NCBI RefSeq assembly: GCF_009914755.1 | Contig: NC_060937.1 | DNA length: 64,000 nt | Source of the DNA: the human T2T-CHM13v2.0 reference genome, Homo sapiens | Reading direction: 5' to 3' (one strand) | Part shown: positions 1-12,498 of the stretch, one piece after another | Numbering within the stretch: the stretch's first letter is position 1 | Layout: every line of letters starts with the position of its first letter | Program-made: the position numbers and the translations under genes | Notes under the pieces: model-generated | Databases searched by the model: none | What the model saw: the letters and a program-made list of their open reading frames with translations, nothing else | What the model was told of the DNA's origin: nothing

Positions 1-146
1 ACCATGCCCAGCTAATTTTTGTATTTTTAGTGGAGACAGATTTTCACCATGTTGGCCAGGATGGTCTTAATCTCTTGACCTCATGATCTGCCCACCTTGG
101 CTTCCCAAAGCACTGGGATTACAGACATGAGCCACCACTGCAGGCC
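1..146 (-). mobile_element. Alu left arm (AluSc/AluY-like), truncated by window start
   Basis: Reverse-complement Alu text gctaatttttgtatttttag...ggatggtcttaatctcttgacctcatgatctgcccacc...gagccaccactgcaggcc. Confidence 0.9.
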
Positions 147-449
147 AAAACAGTATTTTCTTTAGCAGTATTATGTGAGATTCATCTAGGTAAGGCATAA
201 AACTCATTATTTTATGTAAAGATTTCATATACTTATAATAAAAATGTACTTGATTTTATCTTATTCCACATATGAATTTACATATCCTCATCTTATTCAT
301 CCTTATAGAAACAGTTACATATTTCAAAGAAACAGAAAGAATTAGTTTATTTAGTTCTGTCATCCATATTCTAATAATCTCTTGTACAGAAATTAATATT
401 AATGTTTCTCTAATATTAGAAACTAATTCTTAATTTTGTGTGTAAATAC

Positions 450-856
450 AAAAGACCTAGAAAAGCTAAAATGATGATAAAAAAGAAAAATAAATTTGGA
501 GGACTTATATTACTTGAATTAAGACATTAAAAATAGAAACATATAATTTCGGACAATAGTCTGAAAGTTTGTGTAAAAAAAGCAACTAAACGTACACATT
601 TCCAATCCTAGGTATAACCTCCTTCCGAATTAAAATTGACTTCTAATAAAATTTTTACAAAAATGTTTCTAGAATTTTTATTCATGATAGCCCAAACATG
701 AATAATCTCACTGTGTATGAAGAGGAAAATGGTAAAACAATTGTGTATTTTAGCAATGGAATTCTCAGAAAAAAGAAGAAAACAATGAAAGGGAAATTGA
801 AAAAGGCAGCAGGAATGGGTCTCAGAACCATTTTTCACTGTGAAAGAAGTATAGAT
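450..856 (+). mobile_element. Ancient L1M (L1ME/L1MC-type) fragment, host of the L1PA7 insertion
   Basis: Degenerate ORF2/3'-end motifs (aaataaatttggaggacttatattacttga; ttattcatgatagcccaaac); L1M 3' sequence resumes after the L1PA7. Confidence 0.55.
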
Positions 857-1116
857 AAAAGTGTAAGGAATGGAAGAGGCTGGCAAGATGGCCAAATAGG
901 AACAGCTCTGGTCTGCAGCTCTCAGAGAGATTGACATAGAAGGCAGGTGATTTCTGCATTTCCAACTGAGGTACATGGTTCACCTCATTGGGACTGGTTG
1001 GAGAGTGGATGCAGCCCAAGAAGGTTGAGCAGAAGCAGGGTGTGGCGTTGCCTCACCCTGCGAAGGTTGGGGTTGGAGAGGGTTGGGGAACTCCCTCTCC
1101 TCACCAAAGGAAGCCA

Positions 1117-1476
1117 TTAGGGACTGTACCATGCACTCCAGCCCAGATACTGTGCTTTTCCCATGGTCTTCACAACCCACAGACCAGGAAATTCCTTCCA
1201 GACCCTGGGTTTCCAGAACAAAACTGGGTGACCATTTGGGCAGACAGAGCTAGCGGCAGGAGTTTCTTTTTCATAGCCCAGTAGTGACAAAACAGAAATG
1301 TTTACTCCCTGGAAAGGGGGCTGAAGCCAGGGAGCCAAGTAGTCTGGCTCAGCGGGTGCCACTCTCATAGAGCCCAGCAAGCTAAGATCCACTGGCTTGA
1401 AATCCTCACTGCCAGCACAGCAGTCTGAGATCGACCTGGGAAGCTCGAGCTTGGTAGCGGGAGAGGCATCTGCCAT
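1117..1476 (-). CDS. L1 ORF0-like antisense ORF (119 codons, open; expression unknown)
   Basis: MADASPATKLELPRSISDCCAGSE resembles the L1HS ORF0 N-terminus MAGAPPPASLPPCSLISDCCASN; ATG in gctATGG context within the 5'UTR antisense region. Confidence 0.5.
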   Translation of the reverse strand: MADASPATKLELPRSISDCCAGSEDFKPVDLSLLGSMRVAPAEPDYLAPWLQPPFQGVNISVLSLLGYEKETPAASSVCPNGHPVLFWKPRVWKEFPGLWVVKTMGKAQYLGWSAWYSP

Positions 1477-2186
1477 AGCTGAGGCTTGAGTAGGAGGTTT
1501 TACCCTCACGGTGTAAACAAAGCTGCCGGGAAGTTCAAACTGGGCAGAGCCCACCGCAGATCAGCAAGGCTGCTACTGCCAGATTGCCTATCTAGATTCC
1601 CTCCTCTCTCGGCAGAGCACCTCTGAAAAACAAGGCAGCAGCCCCAGTCAGGGACATATAGATACAACCCTCAACTCCATGGGACAGAGCACCTAGGGGA
1701 AGGGGCAGTTGTGGGCACAGCTTCAGCAGACTTATACATCCCTGCCTGGCAGCCCTGAAGAGAGCAGTGGATCTACAAGCACAGTGTTCGAGCTCTGATA
1801 AGGGACAGACTGCCTCCTCACGTGTGGGTCCCTCACCCCCATGTATCCTGACTGGGAGACACCTCCCAGAAGTGGCCGACAGACACCTCATAGAGGAGAA
1901 TTCTGGCTGGCATCTGGTAGGTGCCCCTCCGGGACAAAACTTCCAGAGAAAGGAACAGGCAGCAATCTTTGCTGTTCTGCAGCCTCTGCTGGTGAAACTC
2001 AGGCAAACAGGGTCTGGAGTGCACCTCCAGCAAATTCCAGCAGACCTGCAGCAGAGAGGACTGACTGATACAAGGAAAACTAACAAACAAAAGAATAGTA
2101 TCAACATCAACAAAAAGGACATCCACTCAGAGACCCCAACCAAAGGCCATAGACTTCAAAGACCAAAGGTAGATAAATCTACGAAG

Positions 2187-3208
2187 ATGAGGAGAAACCA
2201 GTGCAAAAGGCAGAAAATTCCAAAAACCAGAGTTCCTCTTCTCCTCCAAAGGATCACAACTCCTTTCCAGCAAAGGAACAAAACTGGACCGAGAATGAGT
2301 TTGACGAATTGACAGAAGTAGGCTTCAGAAGGTGGGTAATAACAAACTCCTCTGAGCTAAAGAAGCATGTTTTAACCCAATGTGAGGAAGCTAAGAACCT
2401 TGAAAGAAGGCTGGACAAATTGCTAACTAGAATAACCAGTTTAGAGAAGAACATAAATGACTTGATGTAGCTGAAAAACACAGCACGAGAACTTCATGAA
2501 GCATACACAAGTATCAATAGCCAAATCGATCAAGCAGAAGAAAGGATATCAGAGATTGAAGATCAACTTAATGAAATAAAGGGAGAATACAAGATTAGAG
2601 AAAAAAAGTGGAAAGAAATGAACAAAGCCTTCAGGCAATATGAGACTGTGTGAAAAGACCGAATCTACATTTGATTGGTGTACCTGAAAGTGTTGGGGAG
2701 AATGGAACCAAGTTGGAAAACACTCTTCAGAATATTATCCAGGAGAACTTCCCCAACCTAGCAAGGCAGGCCAACATTCAAATTCAGGAAATACAAAGAA
2801 CACCACAAAGATACTCCTCAAGAAGAGCAACCCCAAGACACACAATTGTCAGATTCACCAAGGTTGAAATGAAGGACAAAAATGTTAAGGGCAGCCAGAG
2901 AGGAAGGTCAGGTTACCCACAAAGACAAGTCCATCAGACTAACAGCGGATCTCTCGACAGAAACATTACAAGCCAGAAGAGAGTGGGGGCCAATATTCAA
3001 CATTCTTAAAAGAATTTTCAACCCAGAATTTCATATCCAGCCAAATTAAGCTTCATAAGTGAAAGAGAAATAAAACCCTTTACGGGCAAGGAACTGCTGA
3101 GAGATTTTGTCACCACCAGGCCTGCCTTACAAGAGCTCCTGAAGAAAGCCCTAAACATGGAAGGGAACATCCGGTACCAGCCACTGCAAAAAAAACATCA
3201 AAATGTAA
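2187..3208 (+). pseudogene. L1 ORF1p remnant (frameshifts and stops)
   Basis: Fragments ENEFDELTEVGFRRWVITN and KRPNLHLIGVPE...ENFPNLARQANIQIQEIQRTP lie in different frames. Confidence 0.93.
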
Positions 3209-3276
3209 AGACCATCGACGCTGTAAAGAAACTGCATCAACTAACAGCCAAAATAACCAGCTAGCGTAGCATCACA

Positions 3277-6200
3277 ATGACAGGATCAAATTCACACATA
3301 ACAATGTTAACATTAAATGTAAACAGGCTAAATGCCCCAATTAAAAGACAGTCTGAAAAATTGGGTAAAGAGTCAAGACCCATTGATGTGCTGTATTCAG
3401 GAGACCCATTTCATGTGCAAAGACACACATAGGCTCAAAATGAAGGGATGGAAGAATATTTACCAAGCAAATGGAATGCAAAAAAATGCATGGGTTGCAA
3501 TCCTAGTCTCTGATAAAACAGACTTTAAACCAACAAAGATCAAAAGAGACAAGGGCACTACAAAATGGCAAAGGGATCAATGCAACAAGAAGAGCTAGCT
3601 ATCCTAAATATACATGCACCCAATAAATGAGCACCTAGATTCATAAAGCAAGTTCTTAGAGCCCTACAAAGAAACTTAGACTCCCACACAATAATAGTGG
3701 GAGACTTTAACATCCCACTGTCAATATTAGACAGATCAATGAGACAGAAAATTAACAAGGATATCCAGGACTTGAACTCAGCTCTGGACCAAGCAGACCT
3801 AATAGACATCTACAGAACTCTGCACCCCAAATCAACAAAATGTACATTCTTCTCAGCACCACATTGCACCTCCTCTAAAATTGATCACATAATTGGAAGT
3901 AAAACACTCCTCAGCAAATGCAAAAGAAAAAAATCATAACAGTCTCGCAGACAACACTGCAATCAAATTAGAACTCAGGATTAAGAAACCCACTCAAAAC
4001 TGCACAACTATATGGAAACTGAACAACTTGCTCCTGAATGACGACTGGATAAATAATGAAATGAAAGCAGATAAAGATGTTCTTGAAATCAATGAGAACA
4101 AAGGCACAACATATCAGAATCTCTGAGACACATTTAAAGCAGTGTGTAGAGGGAAATTGGTAGCACTAAAAGCCCACAAGAGAAAATGGGAAAGATCTAA
4201 AATTGACACCCTAACATCACAATTAAAAGAACTAGAGAAGCAAGGGCAAACAAATTCAAAAGCAAACAGAAGACAAGAAATAACTAAGATCAGAGCAGAA
4301 CTGAAGGAGATAAAGACACAAAAAAACTCTTCAAAAAATCAACGAATCCAGGAGCTGGTTTTTTGAAAAGATCAACAAAATACATAGACCACTAACAAGA
4401 CTAATAAAGAAGAAAAGAGAGAAGAATAAAATAGATGCAATAAAAAATGATAAAGGGTATATCACCACCAATCCCATAGAGATACAAACTACCATCAGAG
4501 AATACTATAAACCCCTCATGCAAATCAACTAGAAAATCTACAAGAAATGGATAAATTCCTGGACACATATACCCTCCCAAGACTAAATCAGGAAGAAGTT
4601 GAGTCCCTGAATAGACTAATAACAAGTTCTGAAATTTAGGCAGTAATTAATAGCCTACCAACCAAAAAAAGTCCAGGACCAGATGGATTCACAGCCAAAT
4701 TCTACCAGAGGTACAGAGAGGAGCTGGTACCATTCTTTCTGAAACTATTCAGAAAGAATAGAAATAGAAAAGATGGAATCCTTCCTAACTTATTTTATGA
4801 GGCCAGCATCATCCTGATATCAAAACTTGGCAGACAAACAACAAAAAAAGAAAATTTCAGGCCAATATCCCTAATGAACATTGATGCAAAATTTCTCAAT
4901 AAAATACTGGCAAGCTGAATCCAGCAGCATATCAAAAAGCTTATCCACCACGATCAAGTTGGCTTCATCCCTGGGATGCAAAGCTGGTTCAACACAGGCA
5001 AATCAATAAACATAGTCCATCACATAAACAGAAACAATGACAAAAACCACATGATTATCTCAAAAGATACAGGAAAGGCCTTTGACAAAATTCAACAGCC
5101 CTTCATGCTAAAATCTCTCAATAAACTAGGCATTGATGGAACATATCTCAAAATAATAAGAGCTATTTATGACAAACCTACAGCCAATATCATATTGAAT
5201 GGCAAAAACTAGAAGCATTGCCTTTGAAAATCAACACAAGACAAAGATGCCCTCTTTCACCACTCATATTCAACATAGTATTGGAAGTTCTGGTTAGGGC
5301 AATCAGGCAAGAAAAAAAAATAAGGGGTATTCAATTAGGAAAAGAGGAAGTAAAATTGTCTGTGTTTGCAGATGACATCAAAGTATATTTAGAAAACCCC
5401 ATCGCCTCAGCCCAAAATCTCCTTAAGCTGATAAGCAGCTTCAGCAAAATCTCAGGATATGAAATCAATGTGCAAAAATCACAAGCATTCCTATACACCA
5501 ACAAGAGATAAGCAGAGAGACAGATCATGAATGAACTTGCATTTACAATTGCTACAAAGAGAAAAAATACCTAGGAAAACGACTTACAAGTGATATGAAG
5601 GACCTCTTCAAGGACAACTACAAACCACTGCTCTAGGAAATAAGAGAGGAAACAAACAAATGGAAAACCACTCCATGCTCATGGATAGGAAGAATCAATA
5701 TGAAAATGGCCATATTGCCCAAAGTAATTTATAGATTCAATGCTATCCCCATCAAGCTACCATTGACTTTCTTCACAGAATTGGAAAAAAAAACTACTTT
5801 AATATGGAACCAAAATAGAGCTCATATAGCCAAGACGATCCTAAGCAAAAAGAACAAAGCTGGAGGCATCATGCTACCTGACTTCAAACTATATTACAAG
5901 GCTGCAGTAACAAAATCAACATGGTATTGGTACCAAAATAGATATATAGGCCAAAGGAACAGAACAGAGGCCTCAGAAATAACACCACACATCTACAACC
6001 ATCTAGTGTTTGACATACCTGACAAAAACAAGCAATGGGGAAAGGATTTCCTATGCAACAAATGGTGTTGGGAACACTGCCTAGCCATATGCAGAAAGCA
6101 GAAACTGGATCCCTTCCTTACAACTCATATAAAATTTAACTCAAAATGTATTAAAAACTTAAATGTAAGACCTAAAACCGTAAAAACCCTAGAAAAAAGC

Positions 6201-7080
6201 CTAGGCAATACCATTCAGGACATAGGCGTGGGCAAAGACTTCATGACTAAAACACCAAAAGAAGTGACAACAAAAGGCAAAATAGACAAATGGGATCTAA
6301 TAAACTAAAAAGCTTCTGCACAGCAAAAGAAACTATCATCAGAGTGAACAGACAGCCTACAGAATGGGAGAAATTTTTTGCAATCTATCCATCCGACAAA
6401 GGGCTAATCTCCAGAATCTACAAATAACTTAAACAAATTTACAAGAAAAAAACAACTCCATCAAAAAGTGGGCAAAGGATATGAACAGACACTTCTCAAA
6501 AGATATTTATGAGGACAACAAACATATGAAAAAAAGCTAATCATCACTGGTCATTAGAGAAATGTGAATCAAAGCCACAATGAGATGCCATCTCACGCCA
6601 GTTAGAATGGCGATCATTAAAAAGTCAGGAAACAGCAGATGCTGGAGAGGATATGGAGAAATAGGAATGCTTTTACACTGTTGGTGGGAGTGTAAATTAG
6701 TTCAACCATTGTGGAAGACAGTGTGGTGATTCTTCAAGGATCTAGAACTAGAAATACCATTTGGCTCAGCCAATCCCATTACTGGGTATATACCCAAAGG
6801 ATTATAAATCATTCTACTATAAAGACACATGCACATGTATGTTTATTATGGCACTGTTCACAATAGCAAAGACTTGGAACCAACCCACATGCCCATCAAT
6901 GATAGACTGGATATAGAAAATGTGGCACATATACACCATGGAATATTATGCAGCCATAAAAAGGATGAGTGTATGTCCTTCAAAGGGACATGGATGAAGT
7001 TGGAAACTATCATTCTCAGCCAACTAACCCAAGAACAGAAAACCAAACACTGCATGTTCTCACTCATAAATGGGAGTTGA
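3277..7080 (+). pseudogene. L1 ORF2p (endonuclease/reverse transcriptase) remnant, disrupted
   Basis: atgacaggatcaaattc start; EN motifs CCIQETH, GDFN, KIDH; RT motifs [12 protein letters not shown] and FADD; many stops and frameshifts. Confidence 0.95.
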
Positions 7081-7124
7081 ATGATGAGAACACATGGACA
7101 CTCGGAGGGGAACATCACACACCA

Positions 7125-7157
7125 GGGCCTGTCGGGGTGTGGGGGACTAGGGGAGGG
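7125..7157 (+). other. G-quadruplex-forming motif of the L1PA 3'UTR
   Basis: GGG cctgtc GGGG tgt GGGGG acta GGGG a GGG fits the G3+N1-7 x4 pattern. Confidence 0.7.
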
Positions 7158-7305
7158 ATAGCTTTAGGAGAAATACCTAATGTAGATGATGGGTTGAGGA
7201 GTACAGCAAACCACCATGTCATGTGTATACCTGTGTAACAAACCTGCATGTTCTGAACATATACCCCAAACTTAAAGTATAATAATAAAAAAAGTGTAAG
7301 CAATG

Positions 7306-8150
7306 AAAGACTTTATATTGAATTATACTATAAGCAAATTTAATCTATTCTGGGAAAAGTCCTAACAGTGGTGATGGGGATTGATTGGAGAGGAGCATGA
7401 GGGAACTCTTTGAGGTTCTTGTAATGTTCTGTATATTGATACAGTTTGAGGTTACACAGCTGTATGCATTTTTCAAAGCATAAGGAATACACACTTAGAT
7501 TTGTATATTTCCTGACAAAGAAATTTTAAGGCAAAAGCCAAACTCAAAAAATATTGTTTTAGTTAATGTCATGCATGCTAAAGCATTTAGCATAAAGTGT
7601 ACAGATGTCTACAGTTTAATTTGAATGCATCAACAAATAAATTGGGAAGTCTCTAATAAAACAAATATAATATAATAAAATGTTAATAAAAGAGTCTAGA
7701 TTGTGAGTATTACAGATTGCAGTTTTGTATCAACTCAAAATGCATACATTGAAACCCAATGTGACTGTATGTGGAGATAGGGTCTGTGAGGAGGCAATAA
7801 AGCTTAAGTGAGATTGTAAAAGTAGGCCCTTAATTGGACAGGACTGGTGTTTTTATGAGAGAAAGAAACACCAGAGCTCCTTTTCTGCCATGTGAGAAGA
7901 CAGGGAGAAGCTGGCCATTGCCAAGCCAGAAAGAGCCTCACTAGGATTTGAACTGTCTGGTACCTTGATTTTGGACTCCTCAGCCTCTAGGACTGTGAGA
8001 AAGAGAAAAAAAATGCTGTGCAAGCCATTTAGTCTATGTTATTTTTTTATGACAGCCTGAACAAACTAAGAAAGTAGTTGTATGGGAGTTCACTGTAAAA
8101 TAAAATTATCTTTTCTGTGTATTCCAAAACTTATATAATAAATAGAAATT
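7306..8150 (+). mobile_element. Ancient L1M 3' end (continuation), interrupted by an MLT1 LTR
   Basis: ggggattgattggagaggagcatgagggaactctttgagg...tgtatgggagttcactgtaaaa typical of L1ME/MC 3'UTRs. Confidence 0.6.
7708..8072 (+). mobile_element. MLT1A/B-type MaLR solo LTR
   Basis: cccaatgtgactgtatgtggagatagggtc...accttgattttggactcctcagcctctaggactgtgaga...acagcctgaacaaactaaga. Confidence 0.8.
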
Positions 8151-9112
8151 TCATTTTTCTATGCCACCCTCACTGCCAAGCTTATTTCTGAAAAGAGGTT
8201 ATTCATCTGACCTCAGCATTTCTGGTACAACTTTTTGCCCAGTAAAATCTGAGAAGTAATGTATTTCACTTTTAAGCAGACACTTTAAACCCAGATAAAA
8301 TTCTGCTATCACTTTTCCCCCTCTTTGAGAACAATATTTCCTGATAGACACTAGTCCTAGAGACTGCAAAATAAAAAGCTGTGAAGCAGAGCTAGCCAAC
8401 TCCAAAAAGTATACAAAGTGCATGATAAATACATGTTCGTTTTTTGTAAACTATTGAGAATTTGGGATTATAATACCATTAAGAATCTCTAAATCTATTA
8501 CATCATCTATGTGATGTATTGGGTAAAGAACAGATCTCAACATCAATAATTATCATCTGATCATAATTATGATTTCATAAATCCCTTAAATTCTAAGTAG
8601 CAGATCTATTAGTCATGTGCCCACTTCTTAGTCAAGTCAGAGTTTGGTTTTGGATGGTTGTTCCAGAGATGGCTAAAAAATTTATCTAGCTCATGAATAG
8701 GTGATATTTTACATTTTGAAAAATAATATTAGAGAAATATTTATTTAGGAAAATCACTATTTTAGTTCCAAGTTGAGATTTCTGTGCATCATTGAAATAG
8801 TCATTTTAACTAGGCAATTGCTATAGTGTGTGTGTACACATGGGTTTAAATTAAATAGCATATGATTACCATATAAATCGTATGAGGATACAACGAACAA
8901 TCAATGTAAAATAAGAAAAACATAAACAAAAACATCAGTATCAACTCCTGAATTAGAGCATGATTAATGCTGATGAAAATGATTCAGTAGAGACTGAAGA
9001 TTGAATCTAGGAGGGAATGATCCAGAGGAGGAGAATAAATTTAACATAACATAGAATAATATGAGTCTGTAACAAATTGTGAATATTACAGACTGCAATG
9101 CTCTTTTAGGGT

Positions 9113-11397
9113 TGATATGGTTTGGCTCTCTCTCCCCACCGAAATTTCATCTCAAATTGTAATCCCCATGTGCCCAGGAAGGTACCTGGTGGGAAGTGAT
9201 TGGATCACGGGGGCAATTTCCCCCACGCTGTTCTTGTGATAGTGAATGAGTTCTCACAAAATCTGATGGTTTAATAGTTTGTGGAAGTTCCCACTTCTCT
9301 CTCACTCTCTCCTGCCACCATGTAAGATGTGCCTTGCTTCCCCTTCACTTTCTGCCATGATTGTAAGTTTCCTGAGGCCTCCGCAGCCATGTGGAACTGT
9401 GAGTTCATTAAACCTCTTTTGTTTATAAATTACCCAGTCTCAGGTAGTTTTTTATAGCAGTGTGAGAACAGACTAATACAGAAAATTGGTACCAGGAGTT
9501 TGGAGCACTGCTATAAAGATACTGAAAATCTTTGGAACTGGGTAACAGGCAGAGTTTGGAACAGTTTGGAGGGCTCAGAAAAAGACAGAAAGCGGAGGAA
9601 AACTTTAAAACTTCCCAGAGACTTGTCAAATGATTATGATAAAGTGCAGATAGTGATATGGACAATGAAGTCCAGGCTGAGGTGGTCTCAGATGGAGATG
9701 AGAAACTTGTTGGGAACTTGAGTAAAGGTAACTCTTGCTAAGTTTTAGCAGAGACTGGCAGTGTTTTGCCCCTGACCTAGACGTTTGTGGAATTTTCGAC
9801 TTGAGAGAGAAGATATAGGGTATCTTGCAGAAGAAATTTCCAAGCAGCAAAGCACTCAAGAGTTGACATGGGTGCTTTCAAAAGCATTCAGTTTCAAAAG
9901 GGAAACAGAGCATAAAAGTTTGGAAAATTTGCAGTCTGAGGATGCAATAGAAAATAAAAACTTATTTTCTGAGGAGAAATTCAAGTCAGCTGCAGAAATT
10001 TGCATAAGTAATGAGGTTCCAAATGTTAATCACCAAGAAAGTGAGGAAAATGTCTCCAGGACATGTCAGAGACCTTTGTGGCAGATCCTCTCATCCCAGG
10101 CCCAGAGACCTAAGAGAGAAAAATGATTTCGTGGGACAGGCTCAGAGCCCTGCTGCTCTGTGAACCTTGTGTCCCAGCTGCTCCAGCTCCAGCCATGGCT
10201 AAAAGGGGCCAAGATACAGCTGGGGCTATTACTTCAGAGAGAGAAAGCCACAAGCCATGGAGGTTTCCACACAGTGTTGGTCCTGTGGGTACACAGAAGA
10301 CAAGAGGTGAGGTTTGGGAACCTCCACTTAGATTTCAGAGGATGTATGGAAACACTTAGATATCCAGGCAGAAGTCTGCTGCAGGGGCAGAGCCATCATG
10401 GAGAAACTACGAGGGCAATGCAGAGGGAAAACGTGGGATGGGAGCCCCCACACAGAGTCCCCACTGGAGCACTGAGTAGTGGAGCTGTGAGAAGAGGGCC
10501 ACAGTCCTCCAGACCCCAGAATGGTAGATCCACTGACAGCTTGCATGGTGTACCGGGAAAAGCTGCAGGCACTCAAAGCCAGCTTGTGAAAGCAGCTGTG
10601 GGGGCTGTACCCAGTAGAGCAACAGGGGCAGAGCTGCCTAAAGCCTTGGGAGCCCACCCTTTGCATCAGCATGCCCTGAATATGAGACATGGAGTCATAG
10701 GAGATTACTTTGGAGCTTAAAGATTTAATGACTGCCCCGCTGAGTTTTGGACTTTCAAGGGGCCTGTATCCCCTTCGTCTTGGCCAGTTTCTCCCATTTG
10801 GAAGGAGAGCATTTACCCAACTCCTGTATTTCCATTGTATCATGGAAGTAACTAACTTCATTTTTTTTTACAGGTTCGTAGGTGGAAGAAACTTCCCTTG
10901 TCTCATATGAGGTTTTGGACATGGATTTTTGGGTTAGTGCTGGAATGAGTGAAGACTTTGGGGGACCATTGGAAAGGCATGATTGTGTTTTGAAATGTGA
11001 GAAGAACATGAGATTTGGGAGGGGCTAGGGTAGAACAATGTGGTTTGGTTCTGTGTCACCACCCAAATCTCATCTCTAATTGTAATCTCCATGTGTTGAG
11101 GAAGGGACCAGGTAGGAGGTGATTGGATCATGGAGGAGAATTCCCCCATGCTGTCCTCATGATAGCAAGTGAGTTCTCTTGAGATCTGATGGTTCGAAAG
11201 TTTGTGACAGTTCACCTTTCTCTCTCTTCTGCCATCATGTAAGATATTCCTTGCTTCACCTTCACCTCCCGCCATTATTTTAAGTTTCCTGAGGCCTCCC
11301 CAGTTTTACAGAGTTGTGAGTCAATTAAACCTCTTTTATTTATAAATTACCCAGTCTCAGGTAGTTCTTTATAGCAGTGTGAGAATGGGCTAATATA
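9113..11397 (+). mobile_element. Complete THE1D (ERVL-MaLR) provirus: 5'LTR 9113-9480, internal 9481-11035, 3'LTR 11036-11397
   Basis: Two direct LTRs (tgatatggtttggct...gactaataca); internal region starts gaaaattggtacc; purine tract gggaggggctaggg before the 3'LTR; internal ORF remnants WNWVTGRVWNSLEGSE and YLAEEISKQQS. Confidence 0.92.
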
Positions 11398-11739
11398 AGC
11401 ATATACACATATAATAATTGATGTTTGATAGAATGCGAAATGCTTTCCTATAGACATGTCAAAACATAAGAAGATAACCAGAGATTACAAAGAAAAGATG
11501 GATAAAGATTCAGGCAGAAAATATGGTAGTAGAAAAAGGAAGTCATATTTGTATTCAATAGTCCCCAGGTTTAAGAAATTTGCCTAAGCTCTGGACTTAC
11601 ATTTAAGGTAACACTTTTTACATCTATCCATAGATATATCAATACCATTGTTTATTTGCCATTCCGCAAACGCAGTTCCCCATTTTTATGTTATAAAAAT
11701 CCTCAAAGTTTTTCAAGTCAAAAGTTAGAAAAAAACTTT

Positions 11740-12498
11740 TGAATGTTCCTTTTTATTGCCTCCCCATATAATTCAACAGCAAGCACTATAAATATTACCT
11801 TCAAAATAAATTTGAATTTTTAATTTTTCTCATCTGCACTTTTATGTTATTAGTTCAAGCAGTCATCATATTCATTTTACCTTATTAAAATCTATGCAAA
11901 ATTATTTTTCTTACACCTTTACTGATTATAAAAAATCTACTGTATCAATAAAAATGACCATAAATATAAATTCTACCAAGTCCTGTTAAAGCTAAAACTA
12001 TTCAATAACTTACCATTGCACTAAAAAGCAAACCCCTTACTCTGGTCTACAAAAAATCTTAATGAAATGTTCCTGTTTCTATCAAATATCTTGCCATTCT
12101 TCCTCTGATCTAATCTTCCTCCTTTAGCTATGTACATTTTATTTAAAATCCTTAGACAAAATTTGGTTCTTCAGACAAAATTTGAGCTTCCAGACATTGT
12201 CAATTTGTTTTTACTTACACTTTCATAATATCCTCTTTTTAAATCTCAGATTATCAGTTTTCCAGACTGACTTACCTTATACCTTTTCTGCGTTAGATAT
12301 ATATTTTCCCAATATACTCCATATCATTCAATTTCTCATTATGTTTAAATAATTAATTACAACCAATACTTATTTTACTTACTGTCCATGTATTGTCACC
12401 CCTTGATGCACCTTCTAGAATATGTATACAATGTAAATGTATTAATCACTGATATTCTGTTAGCTCTTATAGGTCTAGCATTTATTAGGAATTCAAAA
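11740..12498 (+). mobile_element. L2 fragment (3' part), interrupted by Tigger1
   Basis: Highly degenerate L2-like text ending ...ggtctagcatttattaggaattcaaaa, with tgaata-like tail after Tigger1. Confidence 0.4.

Larger units (their letters stand above)
873..7289 (+). mobile_element. Full-length LINE-1, L1PA7-type (~6.4 kb)
   Basis: 5' end ggctggcaagatggccaaataggaacagctc; ORF1 and ORF2 remnants; L1PA7-type 3'UTR and A-rich tail; TSD aaaagtgtaag(g/c)aatg at 857-872 and 7290-7305. Confidence 0.95.

Noticed and set aside
1592-2312. 181-183 aa ORFs on both strands
   Set aside because: Open frames in the GC-rich L1 5'UTR, common to L1PA copies
873-7289. Retrotransposition-competent L1
   Set aside because: ORF1 and ORF2 have many frameshifts and stops; the TSD has a mismatch; old subfamily
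10123-10861. 177-186 aa ORFs
   Set aside because: THE1 internal-region frames; fragmented MaLR ORF remnant or its antisense
12153-12200. agacaaaatttg repeated at ~19-bp spacing
   Set aside because: Degenerate slippage duplication inside an L2 relic
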